Below, in pieces: positions 12,559-25,360 of a DNA stretch of 36,249 nt (position 1 is the first letter of the stretch; every line of letters starts with the position of its first letter). Position numbers and translations under genes: made by a program. The DNA is taken from positions 166,409-202,657 of the forward strand of contig WELA01002286.1 in assembly GCA_009602735.1 (NCBI GenBank), in the 5' to 3' direction. The DNA is from Mesotaenium endlicherianum. Its lineage: Eukaryota. A model generated the notes under the pieces. That model was not told where the DNA came from, did not search any database, and saw only the letters and a program-made list of their open reading frames with translations.

Positions 12559-13248
12559 AGATTCTACAGCATAAATAATGACATTAATTTTATTTACTTT
12601 AAAGAAAAATATTTGACCAAAAAAAGTAGAATTTTCAAACTACCAGTTTGTTTATATAGAAAAATCACATTAAAACTATTTTGTTTGAACTACACAAGAT
12701 TAAATTTGAGAAAATAATCATTTGTATTTGAAAGAAATATTGCTTGGTGTGCGTGATCAAATGTTAGATTCATTTGTGAAAATTGATTTTTGTGTTGATG
12801 ATATACATAATGCGATTGTACTACAATAAGTTAGTATTATTCACCTTGATTGACAAATCATTGATAGTCACTGTTTTTGCGTTCAAATTGAAGATAAAAC
12901 CATTTATAAAATTGTTTAAACATTTCCTTGGAGATTTTAGTGTGTATAAGTTATAAACCAAAACAATAACAAAACTTTTGTTTATGAAAGGAATTAAAAA
13001 TTAAGTATTTCATAATTAATACCACACAGATCAATAAAATTCATTGATATTATATATATCTTATGATTTTCTCAACTATAACTTAGACATCTCAAAGAAA
13101 AATTGTCATTGCTTTAACTCAGGGTATTAATGGATAAATAAATTTGTATTGTCATTTGTATTTTTGAAAAACAAGAGTAACTATATACGTAATCTTGAGT
13201 TGATAACGTAACATATTTTGGAGAAATTGTTATGGCAATAACACATAT

Positions 13249-13251
<3 letters not shown>

Positions 13252-13281
<30 letters not shown>
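13252..13281. repeat. (TA)n microsatellite abutting assembly gap 13282-13624
   Basis: Direct reading. Other N gaps lie at 10679-10815 and 22013-22519. Confidence 0.97.
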
Positions 13282-14244
13282 NNNNNNNNNNNNNNNNNNN
13301 NNNNNNNNNNNNNNNNNNNNNNNNNNNNNNNNNNNNNNNNNNNNNNNNNNNNNNNNNNNNNNNNNNNNNNNNNNNNNNNNNNNNNNNNNNNNNNNNNNNN
13401 NNNNNNNNNNNNNNNNNNNNNNNNNNNNNNNNNNNNNNNNNNNNNNNNNNNNNNNNNNNNNNNNNNNNNNNNNNNNNNNNNNNNNNNNNNNNNNNNNNNN
13501 NNNNNNNNNNNNNNNNNNNNNNNNNNNNNNNNNNNNNNNNNNNNNNNNNNNNNNNNNNNNNNNNNNNNNNNNNNNNNNNNNNNNNNNNNNNNNNNNNNNN
13601 NNNNNNNNNNNNNNNNNNNNNNNNGGGGGGAGGGGGGAGAAATGAGGGGAGGGGGAAAGTGTATGATGGGAGACTGAACACTTCGTTATGTGTATTATTT
13701 GTATGTGTGACTAATTTATAGATAGTGCCAGACGGTTTTCGAGTTGAGAATGCATGATGATGAATCATTCATGTGTTCTAATTTATATGTCCATATTTGA
13801 ACCTCTACCTATTGCAAGCTCTCTTTGCTAAACTTCTGGTAGAAATTCGTTTAGTCGATAATGGTTTGTAAATTGTGAAATATAGTGATTTTTGATTTGG
13901 AATATCTAACTTATTTTGCCATTATAGCAAAAACAAATCAGCGACAGCAGGAGGTCTATTCAAATGCAGTGACTTGATTGTCATTTTGAACAATCTGCAT
14001 CAAGGTAAATGTCGATCGACGTCCATGAAATTGCGAAGTGGTGATAAGTCATTTGAACATAATACGTGCTTCCATATATATTTACGTTACAATAGTGTCG
14101 TGCCTAGCGGTGTTGGTCTCCTGGCACAAGTGTGGCCTTCCAGGCATATGCCGTTGACCTGGTCGATGTGGTCCTCCTCATGTGTGAGCTTCCCCTGGTC
14201 GATTGGTTGGTGCATCTTTGCACGTGGGGATTTACCCGGTCGAT

Positions 14245-17200
14245 CGCCCACATGGAATGTCACTTCTCTCCTATGCTTGTTAGCATGCTTGACCCGCTCT
14301 TCCTGTGCCTTTTGAATACACGTCTTCGCCATATCCCAAGTCTTGGCCATCTGCTCCATAAATGCTTGTGTAGTGCAAACCTGAGTCTCTTTGGCCTTCT
14401 TCAACCAGATGTCCCCTGGATGGTAGACTTCTCTCTCATAAACCATAGTGAATGGTGACTGCTTGGTCGATCCCTGCATGCTGTTATTGTAGGCAAACTC
14501 CAACCCTGGCAGCTTCTTGTCGCACTCTGAAGGGTCTTCCATAGTGAAACTCCAGAGCACCTCTTGTCGAATTCTATTAAGCCTCTCACTCTGCCCGTCT
14601 GTCGGAGGATGATAAGAAGTGCTCATACTCAGCTTGGTCCCCATCAAAGCAAACAATGACCGCCAAAAGTTGCTTGTAAATCTTGGATCCCGATCGAAAA
14701 CAATCATCTTCGGCAGCCCATGTAGCCCAAAATATGCCCAAGAATAGCCGTGCCACATCTGCTGCCGTACAAGTCTCCTTCATGGGAACGAAGTGGGCTA
14801 TCTTGCTGAGTCTATCAGATACAACTTATACTTGTGCGTGTCCTTGACCATTGACTGGTAACGATGTGATGAAGTCCATAGCAATCTGCTCCCAAGATTA
14901 CTCTGCAACAGGAAGAGGCTGCAATGTACCTTCCTTTTTTTGATTCGGTGTCTTGTTTTGCTGGCACGCATCGCAACTGCCAATCCACTCCTTGATGTTT
15001 TTATCCATATTTCTTCAATAGTACTCCCGCTTCAGCATGCTTGCCGTCTTCTCGCTTCCAAAGTATCTAGCATACAAGCAATCATGATGCTCAGCAAGTA
15101 GTAAGTCTTGTAGCTCCTTGATGTCAGGTACCACCTCTCACTTGGAATCACCATAATACCATATGCCGTCCTTCGTCTGCATACTTGAGTTGGACTTGGC
15201 CGCTCCACCATTGGCGAACTCTGGGTCCTCCTCATAACCTCTCCAAAGCTTCTCCTTGAAGTCCATACTCTCTTTGATGACTGAGACAGCTGCAAAGTCG
15301 CACCTCCTAGATAAGCATCTGCAGGGTTGATCTTCCCAGGTAAGTACTCAATTTTGTGGTTGACCTGTTGCAGAAACTCCATCCACCTTGCTTGTCTTGG
15401 TGTCAATGATGGGTGCGTTATAAATTTCTCCAAGCTCTTGTCGTCAGTCTTGATGGACACCTTCTGGCCGTCCACATGACATCGCCAAATCCTCAAAGCC
15501 TGGATAATAGCCAACATCTCCCACTCGTGTACTGCATAGTTTTGCTCAGCAGGTTTCAGCTTCCTCCTCTCATGTGCCACAGGTTGCAATCCTTTGCCTT
15601 GGTCCTGGAGAAGAATGGCTCCCACTGCAAAGTTTGATGCGTCCGTGATGATGGTAAAAGGAAGCTCTGGATCGGCAATTGCAAACACAGGTGCTTGTGT
15701 CAACAATTCCTTAATCTTCTCAAAGGCTTGCTGCTCCTTGTCACCCCATAGCCACTTCTCTTGCTTTTTCAACATGTCATTGAGCGGTTCACACACCTTG
15801 ACGAATCCTTCAATGAAACGTCGATAATAATTTGCCATGCCAAGGAAACTCCTCAATTGATGAATATGAGCAGGTACCGGCCAATCTCTAACTGCGTGCA
15901 CCTTCTTCTGCTCCACCTTGACTCCTTCAGCTCCCACTATGTGCCCAAGATACTCGACTTCCTTGAGACAGAAGTTGCACTTGCTCATCTTTCCATTCAG
16001 CTTCTGATCTCTCCAGACCTCCAACACCTTCTTCAGATGCTCCACATGCTCCTCCAAGGTCTTTGAATACATCAAGATGTCGTCCAAGAATACCACGACA
16101 AACTGGTCCAAGTAGGATCTGAAGATAATATTCATGAGCCCCATGAACGTAGCAGGTGCATTAGTCAACCCAAAAGTCATGACTGTAAACTCAAATAAGT
16201 CATAGCAAGTCTTGAAAGCAGTCTTTTGAATGTTTCCTTCCGCAATACGTACCTGGTGATAGCCACTCCTCAAATTGATATTCAAGAAATACTTCGCTCC
16301 GACAAGCCTCTCAATCAACTCGTCTACTCGTGGAAGTGGGTACCTTGATGGTGATCTTATTAAGTGCTCGGTAGTCAACACACATCCACATAGTCCCATC
16401 CTTCTTTCTCACAAATTAGACTAGCGCTGCAAATGGAGACTCGCTCGGTCAGATGACCCCTTCCTCAATACCTCTGTCAGCTTCTTTTTCAACTCATCCA
16501 ACTCCGCAAACGATTGTCGATAGGCGGGTTTCACTAGTGGCTTGCTCTTTGGTTCCAACTCCATCTTGTGCTCTATAGCTCTCTGTGGAGGTTATCTTGC
16601 TGGTAGCTCCTCAAGAAAAACGCACTTGAACTCCTCCAACAGCCCCTTAATTTGGGCAGGCATCCCAGCTGCCTTCTTCTCCTCTTGAGCAGTTGGGCTC
16701 TGCTCCTGCTGAGCAAGGGGATCTGACACCACTACTTGCTCCTCTGGCAACGTGCTCTCGCCTAGGCTTTTAGGATTCACGCTTGCTCCATCTGATGACC
16801 GGGCCGGGGCCACCAAAACAAGGAACATCTCCTTCACCTCATTTGCCCTACATAGCTTCTTAACTTGCAGGCTCGGTAAGAGACAGTTACTTGTGGCCGT
16901 ATCTACCTCCACCTGTTTTGCTGTCTTCCTTCGACCATCACGCCCTTGGACTTTCACTTGTCCCGTGCTCCAGTGCACTTGAGGGTTGGTTTTGCTCAGC
17001 CTTGGTTGACCCAATATCACCTCGTGGTGACCTAGCTCTGCCTGCTCCATAACTTCCTTACTCTGGTGCCCAGCTACTTTCACGTGAATAGCTTCCGTAG
17101 GTGCACCACACTTGAGTCTCTGCCCATTCGCCAAAATTGCCTCCTTAGGCTCATAATGCTTCTGCACAAGGATTCACTACTTCTTCACCAGCTTCTTATG

Positions 17201-18528
17201 CACAAAGTTTGCACTTGCGCTACTCTCGACCATACACTTCGCCTTGTTGCCGTCGACTACTCCTTCCACGATAATAGGCTTGTCAACATCTTTTCTTTCA
17301 CTTCTCGGCAGGCTCCTGGGCATAATGTTGTTGTGAGATCTTGTCTTCACACCAGCAGACACCCCAGAACAACTTACTGGCGTCCTCCTCTTTTCTGCTG
17401 TTGAGGTTGCTTCGCCCTCTTATGACTGTCTCGAGCCAGATGTCCAAGCTTGCCACAATTTTAGCAGGGTCCTCTCGGCTTCAATTTCTGTTGCCTGCGC
17501 TGGTACTAAATAAGTGCTAACTCCATAGGTACCGGACCTTGAACACTTGTGCTTGGCGCTTGAGATCCAAAGTGTCGGTATCCTCCAAAGATTTGGCTGC
17601 CCCACTGTCTTTGACTATACTCCATAGCGTCGACCTTTGTCGCTAATGCCATCATTTCTCCAAGACTGGTAGGGTCCTTGAGCGCCACTTCCTTGGCCAC
17701 AGTCGGCTTGAGTCCCCTCTTGAACTTGTCCACCATCTCCGACTTGTGCATGGATGGACATGAAGCACCAGCTGGTTGAAGCGCAAAACATACTCCTGAA
17801 CGCTTGCTCGTTGACGAAGGTGCACCAATGAATCTCGAGCAGTAGCCTCGGGTGCAATAAGTATAAATTTCCTCTTCAAGCCTTCAAATAGCTGATCAAC
17901 AGTAGCAAGAACTCGAGAAGGCTGCTCCTGTTGCTCATACCAAGCTCCGGCACTCTTCTTCAGCAAGGTAATCAGAAAGGCGGCTTGCTTGTCAGACATG
18001 AGCGCAGAATACTTCATAAATTTCTTCACTCAAAACATCCATTGATGGACAGGCGGGGATGCACGCTCTCCAATATACACTTCATGCTTAGGCGCACGCA
18101 CTCCCGATGCGGGTGAAATAACTGGTTGCACCATTGGGTTAACATGAATTGGTGGTACAACAGGTGCAGGTGTTTAGGATTTTGGGTGCCGAGCTCGTCA
18201 AAGCGGCGTTCCCAACAACAACTTGCACCATTCTCTCCACCTCCGTGCGCATATTTTGTTGAAATTGGGCGTAGAGTTCTCCTCCAATTGCGTTTGCCAT
18301 TTGCCTTAGTATTGCGTGCATCTCTTGTTGCTCTCCGGTCATTGTTGGTGTTGCCTGCTGCTCCACGCGCTCAACATGCTCGACATGTTTGCCTCCTCCC
18401 GCTGCCTGTTGCGACTCTATAATATAATACAAACTACCCCAGCTTTAGTACCAAATGAAAGTGCCCTAGTGGAAGCGTAGTGACTCGCAAAGAATAGAAC
18501 TAGTTGCAATCTTACTAAAGAGTGCAAC
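14245..18528 (-). mobile_element. Decayed Gypsy family 2, copy 2: LTR end, PBS, gag, protease, RT, RNase H, integrase (3'-truncated)
   Basis: LTR end ...TTTCA (18456) then degenerate PBS TGGTACTAAAGC (18442-18453). Gag from ~18430. Protease MVESSASANFV. RT/RNase H ORF 15032-16399 (VFLDDILMY, TDASNFAVGA, TDDKSL). Integrase IVFDRDPRFTSNFW..YHPPTDGQSER (ORF 14087-14758). Confidence 0.9.
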
Positions 18529-19239
18529 TGTAAGGTCATAGGGTTATAACATGCATTTTTGAGTTTATTTAAAGCATGTTCTGGTTGCATAGAAGTGTAG
18601 AGTACACGTTCGTGGTCAGGTTGGTATAAAGTTCAGTGAATTTGGTCAAGTATTGAGAAAGTTTTGGATTTTTGAAGTTTTATCAGTTTTGAGGTCGGTT
18701 GACAGCTGTCCTTAATTTGCGGTGACAGCGATCGTCGGATTGATCGACAGCGTCAAGCAATCTGGGTCGTTAGAACAAATTCAAACCTTTACGTAATTTC
18801 GGCTCACGCGGAGTGCCGACTAGGTCGATTTACCTAGAAGTTTTGGATTAGCCTAGCGCGTCTAAGTTAGTATATTCTAGATATTTCGATGCATGCATGT
18901 GGACGTCAAATCGACCCGACATTCCAGATTAAACTGATCTAGCCTACTCACAAATATTTTGGAAGCGAAAAAATTGACAAGCACTTAGGAGAATCTATTG
19001 CTAAGCGGCCCTCCCGTCTAGAGAGAAGGACTTAGGTCAGAACACTATGAACAGGCATAACTTCCTCAATTCTTATGAGTTTTCACTTCTGTAAATTTAT
19101 ACGCGTGTAATGAATCAGGTTATTAATTATTTAATTACTTGCATGCATAATACAACGTTAAATAAGTATTATGTCAATATACTCACATGTGCAAGTTCAT
19201 CCAAATGATTGTATGTCGATGTGAGGCGAGTTTACTCAC

Positions 19240-20239
19240 TGTCATGATTTATTGAGTCGAGGTTGCCGCACGAAACCGAGCTCCACATGTGTGAACCATC
19301 AACCTAGGAAGGCCAACTTTGCATAGACTTTACGCATCCATACTTTGACCTTTTCTCAATTTCCAAGTCACCAAAGTGTAGCGCGTCGAGTCACCTTCCG
19401 AATGGCACCGGGTTCGCGTCATTTGGTCACGTATCGCGCGAGATATGAGCGATCTAGTCCGCGCCACCTACCGGCCCCTAACGGATCCTCACCAAAGGGC
19501 AATTTGTGTTTCAATGTGCACATTCTTGCCTATTCGTGACCCCCTAGAACCCCAAGCTTGTGCGCACAAATCCGCGAGCCCCTTTAGCCTACATAAATTT
19601 TGCATTTCCATAGTATATGTGCATCATTGAGGCTATAACTTGGTGACTGCATCACCTACTCCTAGAGGAAGCTTCCTCAATTTTCAGATCCACTTTTGAG
19701 GCGCTATCTAGGTAGAATCACCCAAGGTAAGTTCGGCCAATGAGGGACATGTAGCATATCCTACGCACCTTGCTTTGATTGGGTTGAGTTATGCTTAGCC
19801 TATAGGAGTGCTAGTACATGCCTTGTACACATTAGTGGACATAGGAGAGCCTCCTAGAGTGACTACATGCATTGGATCCGCCGCGTACCCCGCCGGATTT
19901 CCAGGAGTAAAAATACTAGAGATGTCCCTAGAAGAGACATCTTTTAGAAGTCCATTATGCCAGGTGTATGTAACAGAGATTATCAGTAAAGTTTACACTT
20001 TTATCTCTTGTGTTTTCAGGACCACTGAGTTACTCTCTTGTGAAGAGCAAGCCCTCCAAGCTTCCAGTCACTTGAACAACTTCACAAGTGGTGAGCAAAG
20101 TCACAGCTTAAGCCCTTGCCATAGGACTACTTTGAAGATCATGATGTGCTTCCAGTGATCTTTTGGGCCATACGTCATTAGTTGTTTTCCTACCAGATTA
20201 CAGTCTTGAGGTGCTCACTCTGGAGAGTACACTTCCCTT
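19240..20239 (+). repeat. Direct repeat A1 (~1 kb)
   Basis: Near-identical to 30010-31008 and 33676-34678. Confidence 0.95.
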
Positions 20240-20259
20240 ACTTCTAAAAGATCTCTCTT
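20240..20259 (+). promoter_or_regulatory. Putative self-priming primer-binding site (not a tRNA PBS)
   Basis: ACTTCTAAAAGATCTCTCTT is the reverse complement (19/20) of AAGAGACATCTTTTAGAAGT at 19932-19951. That segment starts 24 nt after the start of a TATA-like box (19908-19915; TATAAATA in A2 at 30677-30684). Confidence 0.65.
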
Positions 20260-20288
20260 TGCCTTCAAGCAATTAGAACCTGCAGCGT

Positions 20289-22012
20289 ATGCCTACCCGT
20301 AGTGGGCTTTCTTATCAGCCATACTACAAAGGGGTTAGTGGAGAAGACTCAGACTCAGATCTCAGCACCATCAGTGAACCCGCTGAAGAAGAGCAACCTG
20401 CTCTACAGCACACAGCAGTTGCTTCTGAGCCATCTCCCCAGTGGGCTCATTTCTGGTATCCCATGGCAGGTGACCACGAGGTCAGGACTGACAGGTCTGC
20501 CTACCGCTTCAGCGGTAGGCCAGGCACCTGTGATCTGGAAGATACCATCTCGGAGTTTCAGGCTGATTTCGCGGCTGCAAAGCTCAAGACACCCACGCTG
20601 ACTAAGCGCGACGTCTTCGACACGCTTATGCGCTATCTCTTGCACGAGGCCTGCGACACCTTCCGTGAGAAGGAGGCCGAGCTCCGGACCCGCACTGAGA
20701 TTCTGGGTGACCCACCAGTGGCAACCCTGCTAGCTGATCCAGTGCAAGCCTTCTGGAACATCCTGAAGACAGAGTTCCAGGCTGCAACTGAAGAGAAGGT
20801 GTACGAGCTGCACCATTTCTTCCGACGCAAGAACAAGACTATCCGCATGATGTACCGCCGCTTGGTGCACCTCCGCCGCGATGTCGGCACTGTCAACGAC
20901 TGGGAGGCCGCGGAGATCTTCTTGCGCGCCATCGAGCCGCGTCTGAGGGAGAGGGCCGTAGTCCCCCTCATTGACCGCCACGGTTCAGAGTATTCTCTGG
21001 AGCACGCCTACCTCTCCGTTGAGAAACAGAGCTTGGCCGCCGCACGGAGCAACATTAGCGATCGTGTGGGCTTAGCATCCACGGGCGTGCGCCAGGAGGC
21101 CCCGGTGCTGCCGTCTTCTACGACGCGCACGACGCCTGCCCGCCAGCCCCAGTCGCAGCAGCAGCAGCCTCAGCGCTCTCAACTGTCCCAGCAGACGCAG
21201 CAGCGCGGAGCTACGCGTGGCCGCATTTCCATGGCTGCCACCACAAGCGATTCCTGCTGGTCCTGCGGTAAGATGCGCCACTCACGCCAGAACTGCACTC
21301 TCGCGCAGAATGGCAAGCCCGGCGACTGCACCTAGTGTGGCAAGGCCGGCCACCTGCAGATCGTCTGTCTGCAAAAAAAGCGCGACGTCGAGAACGGACG
21401 CACTCGCGACAGCCCTACGCCTTCAGCAGGACAGCGAGGCGCACGCAACCCTCGTACGGGTGGCCGCCTCGCGATGACAGCAGCTACGGCCACGACGGAC
21501 GCCGCATTGATGCCTGGAGCCGACTACTGCAGCTTCGACAACATCAGCGATGCCCTTGTGGAGGCCAACGCGGAGATTGCTAGACTCCGTGGCCTCTTCG
21601 ACGTTGATAACTATGACAGAGCCCTTGGCTTGCGCTTCCCTGCTGACATCAGAAGGCCTCACGTCGGCCCGCGTAGCGGCCGCTGGCAGGCTCGGACGGG
21701 GGCACCTGGCGGCATGCACGGCTACAGCGAGTCCGGTCGCAGCTTCCCACTTCGTCTGTACGACACGCCCGTGCGCAGCTCTGCGCACAGGCAGGGACAG
21801 CCGGTCCCCGCTTGCTGCGGCAGGCAGCAGTCTCCAGCAGGGACCGCCACGTGGCATTTGCACGGCAGGCGGGGCCGCCTCTGTCGACGGCAGCACGCAC
21901 ACACGCACGCTGGCCCCTACGCGCGCCCAGTGCACTGCGCTGCCAGAACCACGGCACACCCGGCGACGCCACGACGTCGTCACGGCGGCAGCTGCAGCCG
22001 CGCACAGCGGCT
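20289..22012 (+). pseudogene. gag: Gag of the DNMT element with two CCHC knuckles; premature TAG at 21333-21335
   Basis: MPTRSG start. Knuckles CWSCGKMRHSRQNC and CT*CGKAGHLQIVC (copy 2 has TAT, Tyr, at the stop). The frame continues into the gap at 22013. Confidence 0.85.
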
Positions 22013-25000
22013 NNNNNNNNNNNNNNNNNNNNNNNNNNNNNNNNNNNNNNNNNNNNNNNNNNNNNNNNNNNNNNNNNNNNNNNNNNNNNNNNNNNNNNNN
22101 NNNNNNNNNNNNNNNNNNNNNNNNNNNNNNNNNNNNNNNNNNNNNNNNNNNNNNNNNNNNNNNNNNNNNNNNNNNNNNNNNNNNNNNNNNNNNNNNNNNN
22201 NNNNNNNNNNNNNNNNNNNNNNNNNNNNNNNNNNNNNNNNNNNNNNNNNNNNNNNNNNNNNNNNNNNNNNNNNNNNNNNNNNNNNNNNNNNNNNNNNNNN
22301 NNNNNNNNNNNNNNNNNNNNNNNNNNNNNNNNNNNNNNNNNNNNNNNNNNNNNNNNNNNNNNNNNNNNNNNNNNNNNNNNNNNNNNNNNNNNNNNNNNNN
22401 NNNNNNNNNNNNNNNNNNNNNNNNNNNNNNNNNNNNNNNNNNNNNNNNNNNNNNNNNNNNNNNNNNNNNNNNNNNNNNNNNNNNNNNNNNNNNNNNNNNN
22501 NNNNNNNNNNNNNNNNNNNTGCAGCAACTGCTGCAGCCGCGAACGCACACGCGCCGGGGTCTGCCATTTCTGCGGCCGAACCTGCGGCAGGCTGCGCCAC
22601 AGGCCTTGCAGCAGGCTGCGCAATAGGTTCTGCGGCAGACAGTGCGGCAGTCTGCGCGGCAGGCTGCACGACAGGCGCGACGGCAGTTCCCGCCACCGGC
22701 TACGCGGCAGGCTCGACGGCAAGACTCGCGGCGAGCTGCGCAGCAGTCGCTGCGGCAGACCTCGCGTCGAGTTGCGCAGACGGCGCTGCGACAGGCCCCG
22801 CGGCAGGATGCGCGGCAAGTTTGACGACTGCGCCAGCAGCAGCCATTCTGGCCTGCTGCGCACGCGCGCAGCCACTCGGCAACCGCTCCACAGTCGGGCG
22901 CGCGAGCCGCGAGCACACGCTCGCCGCACCGGCCAGTCGGCCCGTTGTCCCGCAAAAGCGGGTTGGGCCAGACCAGGGACGCCGGACGGAGGAGGCACCG
23001 CGGCTGCCCCGTTCCTTCCGCATCCTAGAGCCCTCCACAACCTCAGCTGAGCCGACGCCACATGCGCTCGCTTCACCTATGACGACGGTACAACTCAGCG
23101 CGGAGGTCATCTCTCTAGCGCTGCAACGCATGTCGGCGATCTCCTTCGCAGAGCTCGGCGTCTCCATGGAGGCACGGGTGACGAGACAACCATCCATCGG
23201 CACGCACTCGTCACTCCTTCCGAGTCCTTTGATGTGCTCCTAGGGGAAGACGTGCTCATTCCCATTGGCGCCGCGGTCGACAACTGGGCAGAGCGCGTCT
23301 TTTATCGTCCCGACTGGAGGACAGGGGGGACGCGCACCGCATCCTTGCCCGTTGACATTGTCGATTGCCGCCCAGCAGTGTCCGCTCTTTATGGCTTCAT
23401 GGGACTGGACGATGGCCGGCTTGTGGTCAAGACCAATAAGGACGCGCACGAGGACCAGGAGATCTCCGTGGCGGTGGACCTGCTCGAGTCACAGGACGAG
23501 GATCCGGACCTACCTAGTGCCAAGCTCCATCTCACGCCGCAGCAGCAGGCGGATGTCCTGGCAGCCCAGGCCAGGGAGCAGATTCGCATCTGCACTGCCC
23601 ACAGCGCGATGATGCGCCAGATGGCAGACTATGCCACTGAGGCCCTCGCCACAGCCAGCACGGCCATCGCTGCCGCCGCCCTTGCCCGCGGTGAGGTCTC
23701 AGCGCCTACGGCTCATCAGGGGGTCTCGGCCTCTCGAGGCGAACCGTCCGCGAGGACCGACGTCCGCGTTCGCCACGACGTGCCTGTTGGCGTGGCCATT
23801 CAGTACAGTATGGACTCTCAGCCGCCCCCTCACGACGCCTCGCATCAGACCGACGAGACCTGGCCTTGCCCCACGGCATCCGAAGACGAGGCCACGCGGC
23901 AGGCAGCTTATCCTGGCAAATCCGACGACCAGTCCCCCAAAAGTGAGGAGGAGACGCGCTGGGAACGACTGCCAGAGGCTTCCGTCAAGGTCCTCAGCGC
24001 GGCGCCACTCAAGGAGCCCCCGCCAGCTGCGCCTACGGCACGCAGGCAGCGCACTCCTACTGGTTTGCCTGGCTTCAGCGCACCCAGACAGCCCATGACT
24101 CACGACTAGCCCAGCAGGGTTCGCCCCGACGCCGCTGGACCCAGCCGACCAGTGGCATACGACTGCTCAACGAGCAACGAGTGTCGCCGCATCGCGCAAT
24201 TATTTGCGACGAGCCGGGCTGCCGCGGCCTCCTCTAGCGCTGGCACACACTCCATACAGCAGCCAGCGCCCAGGCTCAGCGTCCGCGAGCCACACCGCAC
24301 TGCCCCGTCTATCTGCGCCCATCTGACCTACGCACATCGCACTTGGCCGACCATCGGACCCGCTCGAGAGACCACTCCTCTCCGCGAGACGAGCCGCTCC
24401 CGATTGCTCACACCCCTTTGCGAAAAGCAGGGGGTGACTCCCCTCCGCCAGCCGCGCGGCCGCTCCGTCACGCCTCCCTACGATGACAGGGACCGCACAC
24501 CTCCTTACGACGACACGCGGGCCCGCGGGGACACGCCGCCATACGACGACACTTGAGACCGACGCCGCACTCCGCCCTTCCGGCCCCTCTCAGCTGGCGA
24601 CGATGCTCAGTCTTCTTCTGAGGCGCATTTTGTGATGTTGGCCCCCACAGCTCCGCGCACCAGCGTCCCTCGCAGCCACATCGCTGGCGACGGTCCCTCC
24701 GTGTCACCTCCTTCCAAGGTGGCCCGCACCAACAGCATGCCGCCCAGTCGTCACCCATTTACGGCCGCCGCACGCACACGGCTCATGTGTAGTCTTCGGC
24801 AGCCTTGGGACGCGCCCGTTCCACGAGGGCAGCCCTGGTCGCGAGTCCAGCTGGCCCCTCGCCGGCTAGTTCGATCCCCGCCAGAGGTCGACAGCTCCGA
24901 GCGCTCCGTCTGCACAGTCCCCTCTGCAGACATGCGCGCACGCCAGCGGGCCTACTTCGACCCGCACCCCTACTTGACTCCACGTCCCGTTCTCGACCAC

Positions 25001-25360
25001 CTGGCCCACGCGGCCTCGCACCAGACTGACCGGGCCCAGCGCGACAGGTGGCAGCAGCTGTGTGTGGCCTGGGCCCGACAACAGGCCCGCGCTGTCTCTC
25101 CCACAGCCCTGCAGGATGCGCAACTGCGGTGGCGCACCTACCAGGACCACGCACGGGAGGAGCGTCCGCCGCTGCTCACTGACCGCATCCCCAGCCCTAC
25201 GCGTGACTACGCAGACCGTGCTGTGGCCGCCCTGCGCATGGCGCCACACCAGCACAGCGCCGAGCATACCTTCCCGCCGCCCGCTCAGCCCGGCACCCCT
25301 GCAATGGGGTGTCGCCCACTTCCGACTCCTATCTGCGCCGACTCTCTAGACGAGCGGCCC

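Noticed and set aside
12297..13768. RE-repeat and YI-repeat ORFs
   Set aside because: These are translations of (GA)n and (TA)n microsatellites and gaps.
12580..14240. AT-rich tract and an unassigned segment replacing the end of the family-2 integrase
   Set aside because: No termini, motif or in-window repeat that I can support.
19232..19236. TTACT on both flanks as a 5-bp TSD
   Set aside because: The left copy is 3 nt away from the TG terminus; the abutting TCAC/TTAC fits better.
21423..23243. Long ORFs (350-590 aa) in several frames
   Set aside because: They are inflated by the 507-nt N gap and high GC content and are not independent genes.
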